A stretch of DNA of 64,000 nt from NCBI GenBank assembly GCA_051530055.1, contig CM121342.1, forward strand, positions 6,447,489-6,511,488, written 5' to 3'. Position 1 is the stretch's first letter, and each line of letters opens with the position of its first letter. Made by a program: the position numbers and the translations under genes. Shown here piece after piece: positions 49,241 to 62,825 of the stretch. The stretch comes from Neoechinorhynchus agilis. Its lineage: Eukaryota; Animalia; Acanthocephala. Under the pieces are notes generated by a model. It was not told where the DNA came from. It worked only from the letters and a program-made list of their open reading frames with translations, and made no database searches.

Positions 49241-52139
49241 TTACTCCACGGTCCTATAGACGGATCGACCTCTGATTAGAGTCATGGTTACGGTTTCTGC
49301 TCTATCCTCAGCATCGCCAAGTTCCCTTTCAAGCCTCCTCGATCGTGTCAAATTCTGAGCTGCAACGGTCTCTGCAGTCTCAATCTGAGTCTTATAAGCT
49401 CGCAATCTGTCTTGATATTTATTGATTGAATCAGTCAAGGTTAACGTCTTTGTCTGCTCCTCATCTATGTGGCACAGCAACTCCTTGTTTCTCTTCTCCT
49501 GCCTTCGTAACTCCTTTAATAACTCCTGATACCTTCCACGTTCAAGATCCAACTCACTCTCCATTTGTGAGAGACGACCTTCAAACCGAGTCGCTATACG
49601 TCTTGATTCAGCCCTGGCATAAGCTTCGGCCTCATCGATTTTCTCTTGCATATCTCTCATCTGTTGTTCAATGGCCTTCTTACTTGCATCTGCCTCCATG
49701 CATCGTTCACGTTCATGCCGGACTTCCTCGTCTCGAATAACAAGCTCAGACGCTAATTTACGAGACTGTGAAAAATCGATTAAAGTCCAAAAAAAAAGGA
49801 TACACGTGAAAAACTTACCCTTTCTTCACAACGTTTCATCTCGTCTTTAAGGTCCAAAATCTCGGTGGTCATTTGTACGCAATCAGCTTCGAACTTCTTC
49901 TTTTCAGCCGATAAGCGATTTATGACGCTTTGCATATCGATAATCCTTGACTCAGCGTCATGTAACTCAAGCTCTGTAGTCTTACGAGCTTTTTCGGACT
50001 AAATTAATTTGACCTTCAAAAAACGGTAAGAGTTCACTTTGTAAATACCGACCCTCTCAAACATTGCACGGAGGTCTTCAAGATCAAGTCTCAGTGCATT
50101 GGCCTTCTTTTCTATGGACATTAATTCGCCTCTTGTAATTTCATGACAATGGATTTCCTCTGATAGTGAATCTTGAACTTCCTTTGTTTCGAATTTTTTT
50201 TTATTAAATTACAAATGCACACATACATTAAAAAAGATAATACCTTAAGAGTCGCTTGTAGTTTCCTGTTTGCTTGCTCAATCTCAACTTTTATCTTCCT
50301 CAATTGTTCGTACTTTCGTTGATGTTCTTCAATATCAGCTTGAAATTTAGTCTTTAATCTCGTTATCTCATTCTTAGCCCGGGTCTCAATATCATCGATC
50401 TCCAATTGATATTGTTCAATTTGTCTTCGATGGGCAACCTTCAGCGATTCCATCTCATCCTCCTTCTCTTGAAGTCTACGCTCGAGATCAATTTTGACTT
50501 GCTCAAGCTGAATGCTGACTGCTTGTAGCTTACGGTTCTCTTCGACTAATTCTTCTTTTAGATCATCGATATGGGATATTAAAGAAACTCTCTCTGCTTC
50601 CAATGATTTTCTAATCCGTTCTTGTTCTACAATCCTCAGTCTTAACTCTTCAATCTGAGACAAAGTTATGTCAAGCTCTTCTTGAATTCTTCGTTTGTCT
50701 CTTTGGCTGATCTCTACTTGATCGTTCAATTGGTTCACAAGGTCTTTTAACTTTGTCAATTCGAGTTGGTAGTTTCGATTGGCTTGCAATGACGCTTCCA
50801 ATTCGGCGCTGGCTTCGTCGTATCTGGCTTTCACTTCCTCAAAATCGCTTTCCACAACACGAAGTCGGCGCGTAAGTTCATCCGATCGCTTCCGATACTA
50901 AAATAAATCAATACACACGAGATTTTTGATTTTTTGTACAACAAACCGTCTCAACGTCAACCAAAAGTGTGTCGACTTGAGTTTGAAGACGGAGTTTCGC
51001 TTTTTCAGAATTACTCAATTTCGCTAATGCATCTGTGAGCTGATCTTGAAGCTCAATAATTCTCATATTCAACTTTTTCCTTCATATTTTTTAAAGATGA
51101 TTACGATGTCGGCCAAATAAACGAACCTCAAATCCTCAATTTCTTCAATTCGTGCGTCCAACTCTCGCTGGAACTCTTCCTTACTTAACGTAAGTTCCTC
51201 TTGCGCTTTTATCAATTGCTTCTGAACTTCATTTTTAGCTTCCATTTCATCTTCTAAAGAAAGGCGAGTTGACTCAAGATCCATTTGGGTATTCTTCAGA
51301 TTTGATTGTAGAGTCCTTGACGTCTAAATCACGCATAATACGTTGCAAAAATGTAACACCACTCACGATTATTTCAGCTTCAAGACTATTTCGAGTATCT
51401 TCCAATTCTTGTTGAGTTCTCTTGAAAACACTTTTTGTCTGAGTCAACTCAAATTCTGTGGTATCCAAACGACGTGAGTATTCCTGATTTTGATCCGTCA
51501 GACGACGTTTAACCTCGGTTGCCTCATTGAGTTGAACGATTACGTCGTCTAGTTTTCGTTGGCACTCCTCATGCCTACTCTCCATTTCTTTATAAAGAGT
51601 TATAGCTTGGTTTTTGGCTTTACTAACGGAATCGATCTCATTTCGCAGATCTTCGATCTCCATCAAGAACTGCTTAGACTCTTTTTCGAGCCTTGAACGA
51701 GCTTTGATACTGGCTTCCAATTGTGAAGTAAGATCGGAAGTTTGGTCTTGGTATCGTCGTCTAATTGAAGTCACTGACTCTTCATGTTCCATTGTCATAA
51801 CTTCGATTTTGTTCCGAAGGTCGTGGATCTCTTGCTTTAACCTCTTAGAGTTCTCCACTTCACGTTCCTTCGCTTGAGCAGTGTCCTCATACTGACGATC
51901 TAGTTCATCGATATCGATTTTCAAACTAGTCAACTCTTTCTCTTGCTAAACAACCCCAAGTCTCATTGGATACAAAAAATTGTTCCTTATAGAAAGAGAA
52001 AACGCACCCTAAATCGAACATCCCGTTCGCTCCTTAACTCATCTTCCAAATCAGTTAATCTGGTCTAAATTTCACCAACAAGAAAAAAGTCAATTCTGTT
52101 GAATTTGAAATACCATACCGCTAATATTGACTCAGTCAT
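49241..52139 (-). CDS. Prm: Paramyosin (myosin-tail coiled coil without a motor head), multi-exon
   Basis: Continuous heptad coiled coil of roughly paramyosin size. N-terminal RLTDLEDELRSERDVRFR and C-terminal YKTQIETAETVAAQNLTRSRRLERELGDAEDRAE. Short GT-AG introns (e.g. 52065-52118). The start ATG at 52139 is tentative and no myosin head is seen upstream. Confidence 0.8.
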
Positions 52140-52597
52140 CTTTTGCAAAACGGTCCGTAGTAAATCCGAGGAGAGAGAAACTATTCTCGTAAGGAAAGGT
52201 TTGGGTGTATTATACTGAATGTCGCTTACTAAGAATTTATGTGCCGAAAAATAGTTGTGCAAGTGATGGGAAGAGGTTGCGCTATCAATATCACTCTTTC
52301 TCTGTGGTGGTGGTGGTGGTAACACACTAAGCGGTGTTGCTGCTGCCAGGAGAAACGAAGACACAAATACGGATTGTGTAGCTCTTCCTCGACGGTAGGA
52401 GGTGGTTATTTTGGTAAAGGCGTAAATCTCGCATAAGCAGTAGTGCTCATGTTGGTGATGATAATATTGCGCTTTCTTTTCGTTGTTTTGAATTGAAAAA
52501 AGGGTTTTTTTTCCATTTTTTTGACAATGATTGATAAGGTGAGGAGGTTTCCTTTCTGTCGAAATATTTCGAGAAAACAATATAATGATCTTTAACA

Positions 52598-53289
52598 CAC
52601 AAGTCAAAATTTACCATTCTTTTCTAGGCTTCGGTCTGAATCAAGAAACCAGGTTTACCAGTAACATTTTAAACGGGTTTGTGAAATTTTTTTAATCCGC
52701 CCGTCTGAATTTTGTGGATAAAACAAATTATGAAGTTAACCGAATTTTTATTACTCATTCTAAAAAAATAAATCGCATTTTTTAGGAAGTAACAAAAGGG
52801 GTTTTTTAATAAATATTTCTAATTATGATTTAAAATGAAGAGGTTGCTCCACCATTTCCAATAACAATCTTTGACTGATTTCTTTTTAATAGAAGATCCA
52901 CACCTCAGGGTAGCAATCGTTAACTAGATCAAATTGTTTAAAGAGTCGTCGTTTTGAAGTATTTATTAAAATCATAGACAAAAAACTTTTAAGATTTGTG
53001 TGAATTGTTTTTAATTTAATGATCGAATAAGTCATTAGAATTTCTTTGGTAGATTGATATATTTGACAGGTAAGGAAATGTCTTTTTTATCTGGATGTTG
53101 GTTGTGGAATTGCGCAACAATTGCCCATTTTCCACGAACAGAGATTTTTTTAACTTAAGCAGAGATTGTTTCTTAGAAATCGTCTTGGTTTTTTTCTCAG
53201 GGCAAGTTATTTGTGTAGGCCAACCGCCGGAATACTCGGCGTACAAAGTTTATGAAATTCCATAACGCGATGGTAAATTTTGACTTGTG
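52598..53289. mobile_element. Possible TIR element with 20-bp perfect inverted ends; extra hairpin at 53247-53355
   Basis: CACAAGTCAAAATTTACCAT (52598-52617) and ATGGTAAATTTTGACTTGTG (53270-53289). A third partial copy lies at ~53330-53348. Confidence 0.45.
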
Positions 53290-53975
53290 GTGAAGATAAT
53301 CACCCGGTTAGGCGAGGTTTAATCGCGATCACCACAAGTCCAAATTTATGGAATTGTTTTTCTGTAGTTTGAACTTTGCAGTGAAACCGAAAATAGGAAC
53401 CTTTAACCAATAACCTGAATTTGTGGCTTGAAAAAAAAGCAATTTAATTGGTGAGCGACGAATCACGCGCCTCGCAAACGAGAGATTTTTATTTGCACTT
53501 TAAAAACCGGCGGTCTTCTCTAAACGTTGTAAATCTACCGGTCGCGTTCGATCCAAATTTGAATTTAAAAGTTTTTTAGCATCCTCTCCAACAAACTTTT
53601 TTGGTGTACTTTATCCAGATATTTCGAAATAGGAAGCCTTGCTTCATGAGTCTCTATGATTAAAGTGCTCCATTTTTGAACCATTCGGATAATGATTTTT
53701 AGAATGGATTCATCGGATTAGTAAAGATGCTACTAAAAAATTCAGCGTCATTTCTGATTTATATTTCGAAACTAAATTCCATAAAAATAATGTTTAATTT
53801 TTCAAAAATAAAATGACGGGAAAAGAATAGAACGCTTAAAGAATTTTCAGGCTAGAAAAGCGAGCGCGAAAAGGTATTTAATTTTTTGCTAATAAATAGC
53901 GTCCTATATTAACCTTTGAATTTAACCTTTTTTTTATTGTGGGTTTGCCACAAAAATAAGTATACACTTAATCGT

Positions 53976-54124
53976 TTATTTGTCGATAGGAGAGATAAAT
54001 GAAATTAAGAATTTATTTGATATTTCGATCCACAATCTCGGATTTTCTTCAGCGATTGTTTGTTCTTAATTTCATTTATCTCTCCTGTCGACAAATAACA
54101 ATGAATTATCGTTTCAACAAAACA
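53976..54124. mobile_element. Short TIR element (MITE-like), copy 2
   Basis: 33-bp TIR as at 13361, plus the same ~25-bp one-sided extension AACAATGAATTATC.TTTCAACAA. Confidence 0.8.
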
Positions 54125-54159
54125 ACACTTAATCTTTGGACTGCAAGCTCATAAATTAA

Positions 54160-54465
54160 GCACAGCAACATCCGCCACTCCCTCGAAATCGCCGGTGGTG
54201 CCGCCAGTGCAGCGGAAGGGAGGAAGGTACGAAAATATATTCAGTTATCGAGGGCTCACTATTTTTTCCCCTTCGGAGAAGAGACGTATGGAGCGCTTGG
54301 CAGCTCGGCACTCTGCTCCCGGATCTCTCGAAGAAATTGAGAGAAACGACCGGAGACTCAAGAGCAGGCGTATTCCTTCGACAAAATATCTCGCTGGCAG
54401 TACAACGGGGCAATGCTGCCAGCGTGATGGCGACGGTCGAGGAAGGACAAAAGCTGGAATTCGGC
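54160..54465 (+). mobile_element. CRE-like RLE C-terminal fragment
   Basis: Reverse-complement homologue of ~21590-21800. It encodes TGDSRAGVFLRQNISLAVQRGNAASV. Confidence 0.8.
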
Positions 54466-54959
54466 GGGAGGTGGTGAGTGTGTTAATTGTCGAGAGTTGA
54501 AGATTGATTGAATTTCAAAAATTATACTTATTTTTTTTAACAAAAGGACTGATTTTCCTTTCATTTCTGGAAATTTGCTGCGAATATTTGCTGAGTGCAG
54601 ATTTTTTCGGTTAGGTCGACAACGTTTATGAATATCTTTTGTACCACATTAGAAAAGTGATCCTTCTCTTTGGTTCTTAAACCTGTAAAAAAAGTGAAAG
54701 TGGTCAAATTCGAATTTCAACTCAAAATAACGACATTTTAAGAAGACTGGCCAGCCGGTAACTTTTTTTTATTTAGGTGTCAATGTGCGGCCATTTTACA
54801 CGGCTGATTATTTTCTCTGTGGGCACACATCTCACCGATCTGGTCCAGGGAAGCGCATAAAATCACTTTATATCCCGCTGAACCATACGGTCATGAGTTT
54901 GAACGCATCCCTCCGGATTCTCAGATACCTCACGAGAAGGCAGGACTCATCAATGAGTT

Positions 54960-55570
54960 TCCTCCGTTCAGCGGTAGATACTTAATAACGGCATTTGTTT
55001 AAAAACAAGGTCGCATCCTCGTTCCAGCCCTCTTTTCGATCTATATCGCAACGATCCTGTTTAACACGATAAGACACTCAAATCCGGGAGGTCTTTTTAA
55101 CCGCCTAAATAAAGAAAACCTTCGGACTGGAGATCTCGTCAAAGTGGAACGAGTATTGAATAACTCCAATCGATACAAAGTCCCAATTTGTCAACTTTGC
55201 TGTACAGGACTCAGAAATTTGATCCGCTGAACGAAAGCATATCAAGATGCCCCGACAAATCCTTCCCTAATCAGATGAGAAGATTATGTGACTAACAGCA
55301 AAGTCCTTGAGATATCAAAATTCCCGCCTGCTTCGCTGACTTAGACATCTAGAGAGAATAAGACACAGAACTCGAAATTATCGTCCTCCAAGTCTAGCAA
55401 GACGAGATCAAAAAGGAACATCGAAACCAAAACCTTGATGAACTGAGAAAAACAAATGAGACAAGAGAAAAAGACCATCCACGAAACCGCTGGGAACAAT
55501 CCAGTGCTTTTCCGGATGTCTGAGGACGTTTCGATCCAAAATTGGATCGCTCTCCCATTCCTCGTCAATT
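54960..55570 (+). mobile_element. Decayed RTE-clade LINE fragment
   Basis: Hand translation gives KQGRILVPALFSIYI...GGLFNRL (RTE GVKQGC.LAP.LFS.Y), HIKMPDKSFP and a C-terminal finger relic GCLRTFRSKIGSLSH. Confidence 0.6.
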
Positions 55571-55671
55571 CTCAATCCTGTGCCGATCTCAAACGTGGAT
55601 ATTTTGTAAAATAGATAAAATAAGTGGCACATCACATGCAATACCCGACTTTGAGTAAGACAATCAAAAGT

Positions 55672-58600
55672 TTACTGAAATTTGCTAGTTGGAAAGTCAT
55701 AGAACAAAGTGCGAAGTGCGGACTTATACAATTCGTCCAATTGCTTCGTGCTTTGTAGTTTTGCGAACTCATTGTCCTGCTTCATAGAACTCGAATTCGC
55801 ATCTCGGCTCTTATCGACTGATAACTCAGAACTGCTCTTTCCTATTTTATTCATAATAGATCTGTTTTTCCTTTTCCATATCAAATTCGACGTATCTATG
55901 GCCGTTCTCAAGGCTCCCGTAAAAATTAAATTCTTTTCGTTCATCAACGCAATTTTTGCGAAATTATTTTTTTCAGATTGAGAGTAAGTCAATAATCGAT
56001 TCCAATGTTCAAAACTTCTATTATACTGCCATACCCTTAAAAGACCATTCCACACAAGCTCCCTCAGACTCCATTGATGAGATGAATCTTTCTATTTTAA
56101 ATTTATGAAATATTGTGAAAAATGGTACAATCCAAGGACTATCATTTCCCTCTTTAAAAAAGATTTAAAGGTGATTCTGGAACAAAACGTTTTGTTCTCC
56201 AACTTCTTGATGGCTTTTTAAAAGGCTCAAATCGAAAAAAGAACTTTCATGAGATGAATCCATTTTAAATTTATGAAATATTGTGAAAAAAGGTATTTCC
56301 CTCTTTAAAAAAGATTTAAAGGTGATTCTGGATTAACTAAATGTGGCTTTTTAATAGAGCAAATCGAAAAAAGAACTTTCATGAGATGAATCCATTTTGA
56401 ATTTATGAAATATTGTGAAAAAAGGTGATTTCCCTCTTTAAAAAAAGATTTAAAGGTGATTCTGGAACAAAAAAAATTGTTCTCAAACTTCTTGATGGCT
56501 TTTTAAAAGGCTCAAATCGAAAAAAGAACTTTCATGAGATGAATCCATTTTGAATTTATGAAATATTGTGAAAAAAGGTGATTTCCCTCTTTAAAAAAAG
56601 ATTTAAAGGTGATTCTGGAACAAAAAAAATTGTTCTCAAATTTCTTGATGGCTTTTTAAAAGGCTCAAATCGAAAAAAGAACTTTCATGAGATGAATCCA
56701 TTTTGAATTTATGAAATATTGTGAAAAATGGTGATTTCCCTCTTTAAAAAAGATTTAAAGGTGATTCTGGAACAAAAAAATTGTTCTCAAACTTCTTGAT
56801 GGCTTTTTAAAGGGCTCAAATCGAAAAAAGAACTTTCATGAGATGAATCCATTTTGAATTTATGAAATATTGTGAAAAATGGTGATTTCCCTCTTTAAAA
56901 AAGATTTAAAGGTGATTCTGGAACAAAAAGTTTTGTTCTCAAACTTCTTGATGGCTTTTTAATAGGCTCAAATCGAAAAAAAGGTAACTTACTTGAAAAT
57001 TATCGATCCAAAACCATCTATAAGTCGGAGCGAATTCCATTGCTGCAGGATACATGAGTGTAAAATAATAGTCGAAGTCAAGAGGTGGATCATCTGATAA
57101 ATCGATCGATGAGTATTGCTCGCACTTCCTATTAACAAAATTTCTTAGCACAATTTCCATCAAAGCAGAGATTCGTGTAGTGTCGGAAAATGATACATTT
57201 GTTTTCTATACAAAAGTTTTAAAAGGCGATATATAATTTTTAGAATTTCTCACATATTCTTGCTCTTTAGTTTCAGATACTTCCAACGCTTGTAATGGTA
57301 GCATAATTGCTCTCAATTGAATGATGCTGTTATCTATAGTATTCATTTGTGGAATATGACCGAACAAAACATCGTCAACGGTAGGCTCTTTACCAAATAA
57401 AGAATCCTAAAAACATAAAGAAAATTTAATCTATAGTTTTGCGGGGTCAACTCGCGATAACAAAATATTGTCTTTCATTAAATGAAATATTTTTAAAATT
57501 CTGCTTTTATTTAAAAAAAGTTAGAGAATAAATGTTTTTCCGTTATTTCTGAAAGATTTTTTTAATTTAAAACGCTTGAAAGGGAAACTGATGATGTTTA
57601 GGCAGCAGACAATGCGATTGAGAGATTGTGCTCAATAGGAGCGACGAATTTTCCGCTTCAATGTCTCCAGGCGCCTTTGTAGATTCCTAAGGAAGATGGC
57701 GAAAGTTGTCGAAAAAAAAGATTTTCTTTTTGTCATTACAATCAAAACTGTGTTTGCATTGTCTCACCTCTTTATTCATTAATTTGGCATGTTCATAATT
57801 GGTATAAATCTCGTTAATTAATTCAACATCTTCATTTTTTTCATTTTTCATTAGTTTTTGATACATTTTGAGAACTTGGATGATACTGTTCGTATCGGGC
57901 ACAAACACGGTTTTTTCTTTTTTTAATTCGACGTTTTCCAAAGTAATCTGAAGACGTTTCCGAAGAGCCTCAAAATAATGAGTTCTATTTTTTTCGATAT
58001 CGAACGTCCGTAGCAGGCTGAAAATAACTGCATTCACCTGAGGAAAGTCCGTAACACATCGCTTCAAAGCAGCGATCTCTATTTTGAGGAATTCACTATA
58101 CAAGTGAATTTCGAGAACGTCTTTCTTAAAAACCCTTACTTTTCTTTAGCAACGTAGTATCTCCATTCCCTATTTTCAATAAATCGGCAGCCACGCAAAG
58201 AATACTCTTTATCCAACGTAGAAAGCTTGAAAAAAGCTTTGCTCCAATCGTCGTAAGCTCTTTCACAGGCAATAATTATCTCCAGGAGTGTATAAGTCAA
58301 ATTGGCGCAAGAAAACTGTGTTTAGCTTTATCAAAGGTCACGATTAAACTCTCTTACATTATCAAACTTTTCAAATATACGTATATTCTTCATTTTTGAT
58401 GTTTTCATTCTTAACTCTTTAGCCATCGCAGCGTGTAATTTGTTGCAATCAAACCATTCTTTATAGGCCTACTACACAAAAAGTATAAATTTGAAAACCC
58501 AACAATAAAAGACTCACGGATTTCTTAGTAGTCGCATTGATTTGTTCTTGTTCGTTAATCATTGCTTGAATGTTTTTAATTTTAGTAACGATGGCAGCCA

Positions 58601-58811
58601 TTTCGGATCTTTGATCTTCATTCAACTGACTCAAAATAATCTTTCGAGCAAGGTAAAGGTTTCTCTGAGCCGTGAAAAGAAGAGACATTCTTCTTTGCAT
58701 TACTGCTTTACGGAACACTTTATTGCTCTTCGCAACAGAAATCATTGCCCTTTTCGTTTTCTGAATTCGATTCCTGTAAAATAAAAGTTCTTTCCTAATG
58801 TCTCTGTTCAA
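55672..58811 (-). CDS. Unidentified multi-exon protein; weak PIN-like motif (VFVPDTN)
   Basis: Several collinear minus-strand ORF pieces (58461-58811, 57687-58103, 56939-57163, 55672-56055) with protein-like sequence and intron-like gaps. No confident family. Confidence 0.5.
56078..56985 (+). repeat. Tandem array, ~152-bp unit, ~6 copies, apparently intronic
   Basis: ATGAGATGAATCCATTTT at ~56381, 56534, 56687 and 56838. Confidence 0.93.
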
Positions 58812-59499
58812 GTCTCCAATTAAGCTCCTAGCTGTAGAGTTGTAGGATTTTCCACTGAAAGTAAACTAAAGCGATACCGGATTAAGTTTTCATTTCAAAA
58901 AGAACAACCAATAGACACCCACGGTTCGTCGTTTAGGTTGAAAATATACACACATCTTCTCGAGTACCGCATTGGAGGCCAAAACGCGCTGAACATCCGA
59001 CATTAACTAACAAATCTCAGCGCTTATAAAAGTCTAACTTGTGTTTCCATGGTTTCATCAGGACACTTAAATTCATTGAGTTTTTTTAGAACAAAACAAC
59101 AATAATAATAACAATTGTGATCAGATCGAATCCAGTTTTACACCAGCGATCCAGCAGTTTAGTAAATCAGAATCGAGATGTTGTTCTTTGGAACGAAAGC
59201 TACGAGCGAACGCTCATTTATAAACTGAGCAAGCTGAGTTTTGGGTCAATCCAATGTTCAAAATACTACGCTAAAGAATTGATCAATTCGATCAGTACAG
59301 GGCGATTCCCAACGTTCGATCTAAGTGTTCAATTGCTCGACAATGGCATCAATGTACTTGGCTTTCTGTTTAGCGGACGAATTTCTAGTAGCGGTCCAGG
59401 AATCGTGGGAGAAGATGGGTTACAACCAAGTTCATGTGAATAAAGCAGTCTATCTTGGATAAACCTTTAGTCGCCCGAGCTCATAGTTCTCTAATTTCA

Positions 59500-61720
59500 G
59501 GCTCTGGCGACGAGGTCAGCCGGGCTAGATTGCTGGCAGTCTTTACAAGAGAATCGGGAGTCTCCTCGTAGACGAAGCAGTTCGGATCGGACAGTTCCTC
59601 AGATTTGGTCTATCGATTTGTGTCGAACATCGTTGCCGGTGTGGAATGATCGTGGATCCACTGGGGAAACATGGTTTTGTTTGCAACAAATCAGGGGGTC
59701 GTTTCTCGAATGTCCCAAAATATTTTAAAGCCAAACAACCTGTGCCGACTCGATGGTCGTCGTCCGGATGGTGCAGTCCCCAGTGGGAGCGGTTACAGCC
59801 GCGGAGGACCGAAAGGTGGCGAAACATAAAGAATTAAGTAGGTCTCACGTTGTTGTACCCTTTGGAGTGGACTCTTGGTCTGCTCAGTAGCTCAGCACTT
59901 GGATTTACGAAGGAGTTATCGAGTAGACTCTGGGCCAAGACAGGAAAGTGGAGACTCTTGGTGAACTCGGTAGCTCGGCATTTAGATTAACGAGGAAGCT
60001 ATCGATTAGACTCTGGGCCAAGACAGGAAAGTGGAGACTCTTGGTGAACTCGGTAGCTCGGCATTTAGATTAACGAGGAAGCTATCGAGTAGACTCCAGG
60101 CCAAGACAGGAAAGTGGAGACTCTTGGTGAACTCGGTAGCTCGGCATTTAGATTACGAGGAAGCTATCGAGTAGACTCTGGGCCAAGACAGGAAAGTGGA
60201 GACTCTTGGTGCACTCGGTAGCTCGGCACTTAGATTTACGAGGAAGCTATCGAGTAGACTCCCGGCCAAGACAGGAAAGTGGAGACTCTTGGTGCACTCG
60301 GTAGCTCGGCACTTAGATTTACGAAGGAGTTATCGAGTAGACTCCCGGCCAAGACAGGAAAGTGGAGACTCTTGGTGCACTCGGTAGCTCGGCACTTAGA
60401 TTTACGAGGAAGCTATCGAGTAGACTCCAGGCCAAGACAGGAAAGTGGAGACTCTTGGTGCACTCGGTAGCTCGGCACTTAGATTTACGAGGAAGTTATC
60501 GAGTAGACTCCCGGCCAAGACAGGAAAGTGGAGACTCTTGGTGCACTCGTAGCTCGGCACTTAGATTTACGAGGAGTTATCGAGTAGACTCCAGGCCAAA
60601 ACAGAAAGTGGAGACTCTTGGTGCACTCGGTAGCTCGGCACTTAGATTTACGAAGGAGTTATCGAGTAGACTCCAGGCCAAAACAGGAAAGTGGAGACTC
60701 TTGGTGCACTCGGTAGCTCGGCACTTAGATTTACGAGGAAGCTATCGAGTAGACTCCGGGCCAAGACAGGAAAGTGGAGACTCTTGGTGCACTCGGTAGC
60801 TCGGCACTTAGATTTACGAGGAAGTTATCGAGTAGACTCTGGGCCAAGACAGGAAAGTGGAGACTCTTGGTGCACTCGGTAGCTCGGCACTTAGATTTAC
60901 GAAGGAGTTATCGAGTAGACTCCGGGCCAAGACAGGAAAGTGGAGACTCTTGGTGCACTCGGTAGCTCGGCACTTAGATTTACGAAGGAGTTATCGAGTA
61001 GACTCCAGGCCAAAACAGGAAAGTGGAGACTCTTGGTGCACTCGGTAGCTCGGCACTTAGATTTACGAGGAAGCTATCGAGTAGACTCCCGGCCAAAACG
61101 AAAGTGAGACTCTTGGTGCACTCAGTAGCTCGGCACTTAGATTTACGAAGGAGTTATCGAGTAGACTCCAGGCCAAAACAGGAAAGTGGAGACTCTTGGT
61201 GCACTCGGTAGCTCGGCACTTAGATTTACGAGGGAGTTATCGAGTAGACTCCGGGCCAAGACAGGAAAGTGGAGACTCTTGGTGCACTCGGTAGCTCGGC
61301 ACTTAGATTTACGAGGAAGCTATCGAGTAGACTCCAGGGCCAAGACAGGAAAGTGGAGACTCTTGGTGCACTCGGTAGCTCGGCACTTAGATTAACGAGG
61401 AAGCTATCGAGTAGACTCCAGACCAAACAGGAAAGTGGAGACTCTTGGTGCGCTCGGTAGCTCGGCATTTAGATTTACGAGGAAGTTATCGAGTAGACTC
61501 CAGGCCAAGACAGGAAAGTGGAGACTCTTGGTGAACTCGGTAGCTCGGCATTTAGATTAACGAGGAAGCTATCGAGTAGACTCTGGGCCAAGACAGGAAA
61601 TACAAGGGCTGGTGCCTTCCTACGCCAAAACATTGGTCTCCCGATAGAAAAGCGGGAAAAGCAGCGAGTGTGGTCGCGACCACTGAGGGAAGCTCTTCTC
61701 CGTGGACGGCGGTGATTGTT
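59500..61720 (+). mobile_element. CRE-like 3' half carrying an internal 83-bp satellite
   Basis: SRARLLAVFTRESG and CRCGMIVDPLGKHGFVCNKSGGRFS precede the array. NTRAGAFLRQNIGL follows it. Confidence 0.85.
59880..61590 (+). repeat. 83-bp tandem satellite, ~20 copies
   Basis: The unit GTGGAGACTCTTGGTGCACTCGGTAGCTCGGCACTTAGATTTACGAGGAAGCTATCGAGTAGACTCCAGGCCAAGACAGGAAA recurs at 60196, 60279 and 60362 (83-bp steps). Confidence 0.97.
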
Positions 61721-62391
61721 GAAACGTTTTGTTGTTGTGTGTGTAAATGAAAGAGTTGCTTTCGAAAAAAATAATAATCGATGACCTGTGATTCTCTTCG
61801 ATACAGAACGGATTTCCGTTTTCATTGATCCAAAAATGTCTTTTGTTCTTCGTTCAATCATAGAATCAGCACAAATGATTAAATTTTAAGATTTTAAAGA
61901 CGAAAAAAACGTTCGTTAAATTTAAAATATTAAAATACACAAGGGAATAATTGCGATTTAAGCGTTTTAAATTAAAACATAAAAGCAAGATCACTACAAA
62001 AATCGCCTTAGACAAAATGGTAAAAAGTTCGTTTAAAAAAATTAGAAATGAGTGGGTCGTTTATTAAATTTAGACTTTTTCCAGACCGTTCCGCTTTTTT
62101 GTGGGCCTTTTTTTAAATGAGATCGATTCAATTGCCGATATTAGAATAAATCACCAATATACGTTCTTAGATTTACCAATTAAAAATCCAACGAATCAAC
62201 GGAAGGAATGGATGAATTTGAAAGTTAGAATGGAACTTCACTTTTCAAAAAAAAGGATTTAAAATAATTTCTTTATTTTAATTGGCGATATTGATCCAAT
62301 TAACCGATCGGGAGAGAACCTACACAGCGAAAGAAACTCTGAGAATCTCTACTCTTTTTCGCTCATTTCTCCTACCTTCTAACGAATTGAA

Positions 62392-62758
62392 ATGGTTTTG
62401 GCGTGTAGATTCTACAAGCAAAAGTATCCTTTAGTGGACGAAGTGGTAATGGTCAGTGTAAAGTCCATTGCTCAAATGGGTGCCTATGTGGAACTTCTGG
62501 AGTACAATGGAATCGAAGGTGAGTTTCCTTTTATTCCGCCCCAAGGAAACAGTTTTATCCTCTGCAGGGATGATCCTTCTTAGTGAACTTTCTCGGCGCC
62601 GGATTCGATCAATAAACAAACTTATTCGAGTTGGTCGCAATGAATGCGTTCAAGTGATTCGAGTCGATCAGGATAAAGGATATATCGATTTGTCCAAACG
62701 ACGAGTTGCTCCAGAGGAAATTCTCGCCTGTGAAGAGAAATTCGCCAGGGGTAAAACG
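62392..62758 (+). CDS. EIF2S1: Translation initiation factor eIF2-alpha, exons 1-2 (62392-62518, 62568-62758); gene continues beyond the window
   Basis: CRFYKQKYP...[25 protein letters not shown]|[47 protein letters not shown]. The ELS phospho-site (Ser51 equivalent) is intact and the GT-AG intron is 49 bp. Confidence 0.97.
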
Positions 62759-62825
62759 GTATGCATCTTTCTGGTTAATTCTTTTCAAAGGGTGACTTGG
62801 GGATTTTTGATAGATTTAAAAGGAT

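Noticed and set aside
49241-52139. Myosin heavy chain
   Set aside because: No motor-domain motifs (GESGAGKT) upstream, and the length and N-terminus fit paramyosin.
52065-52607. 180-aa ORF as a separate gene
   Set aside because: Low-complexity, with no motif. It is probably the paramyosin 5' UTR or first exon region.
59880-61590. CRISPR array or tRNA cluster (GGTAGCTCGG resembles a tRNA A-box)
   Set aside because: Units are contiguous with no unique spacers, there are no cas genes, there is no cloverleaf or T-arm, and the unit translates as CRE RLE sequence.
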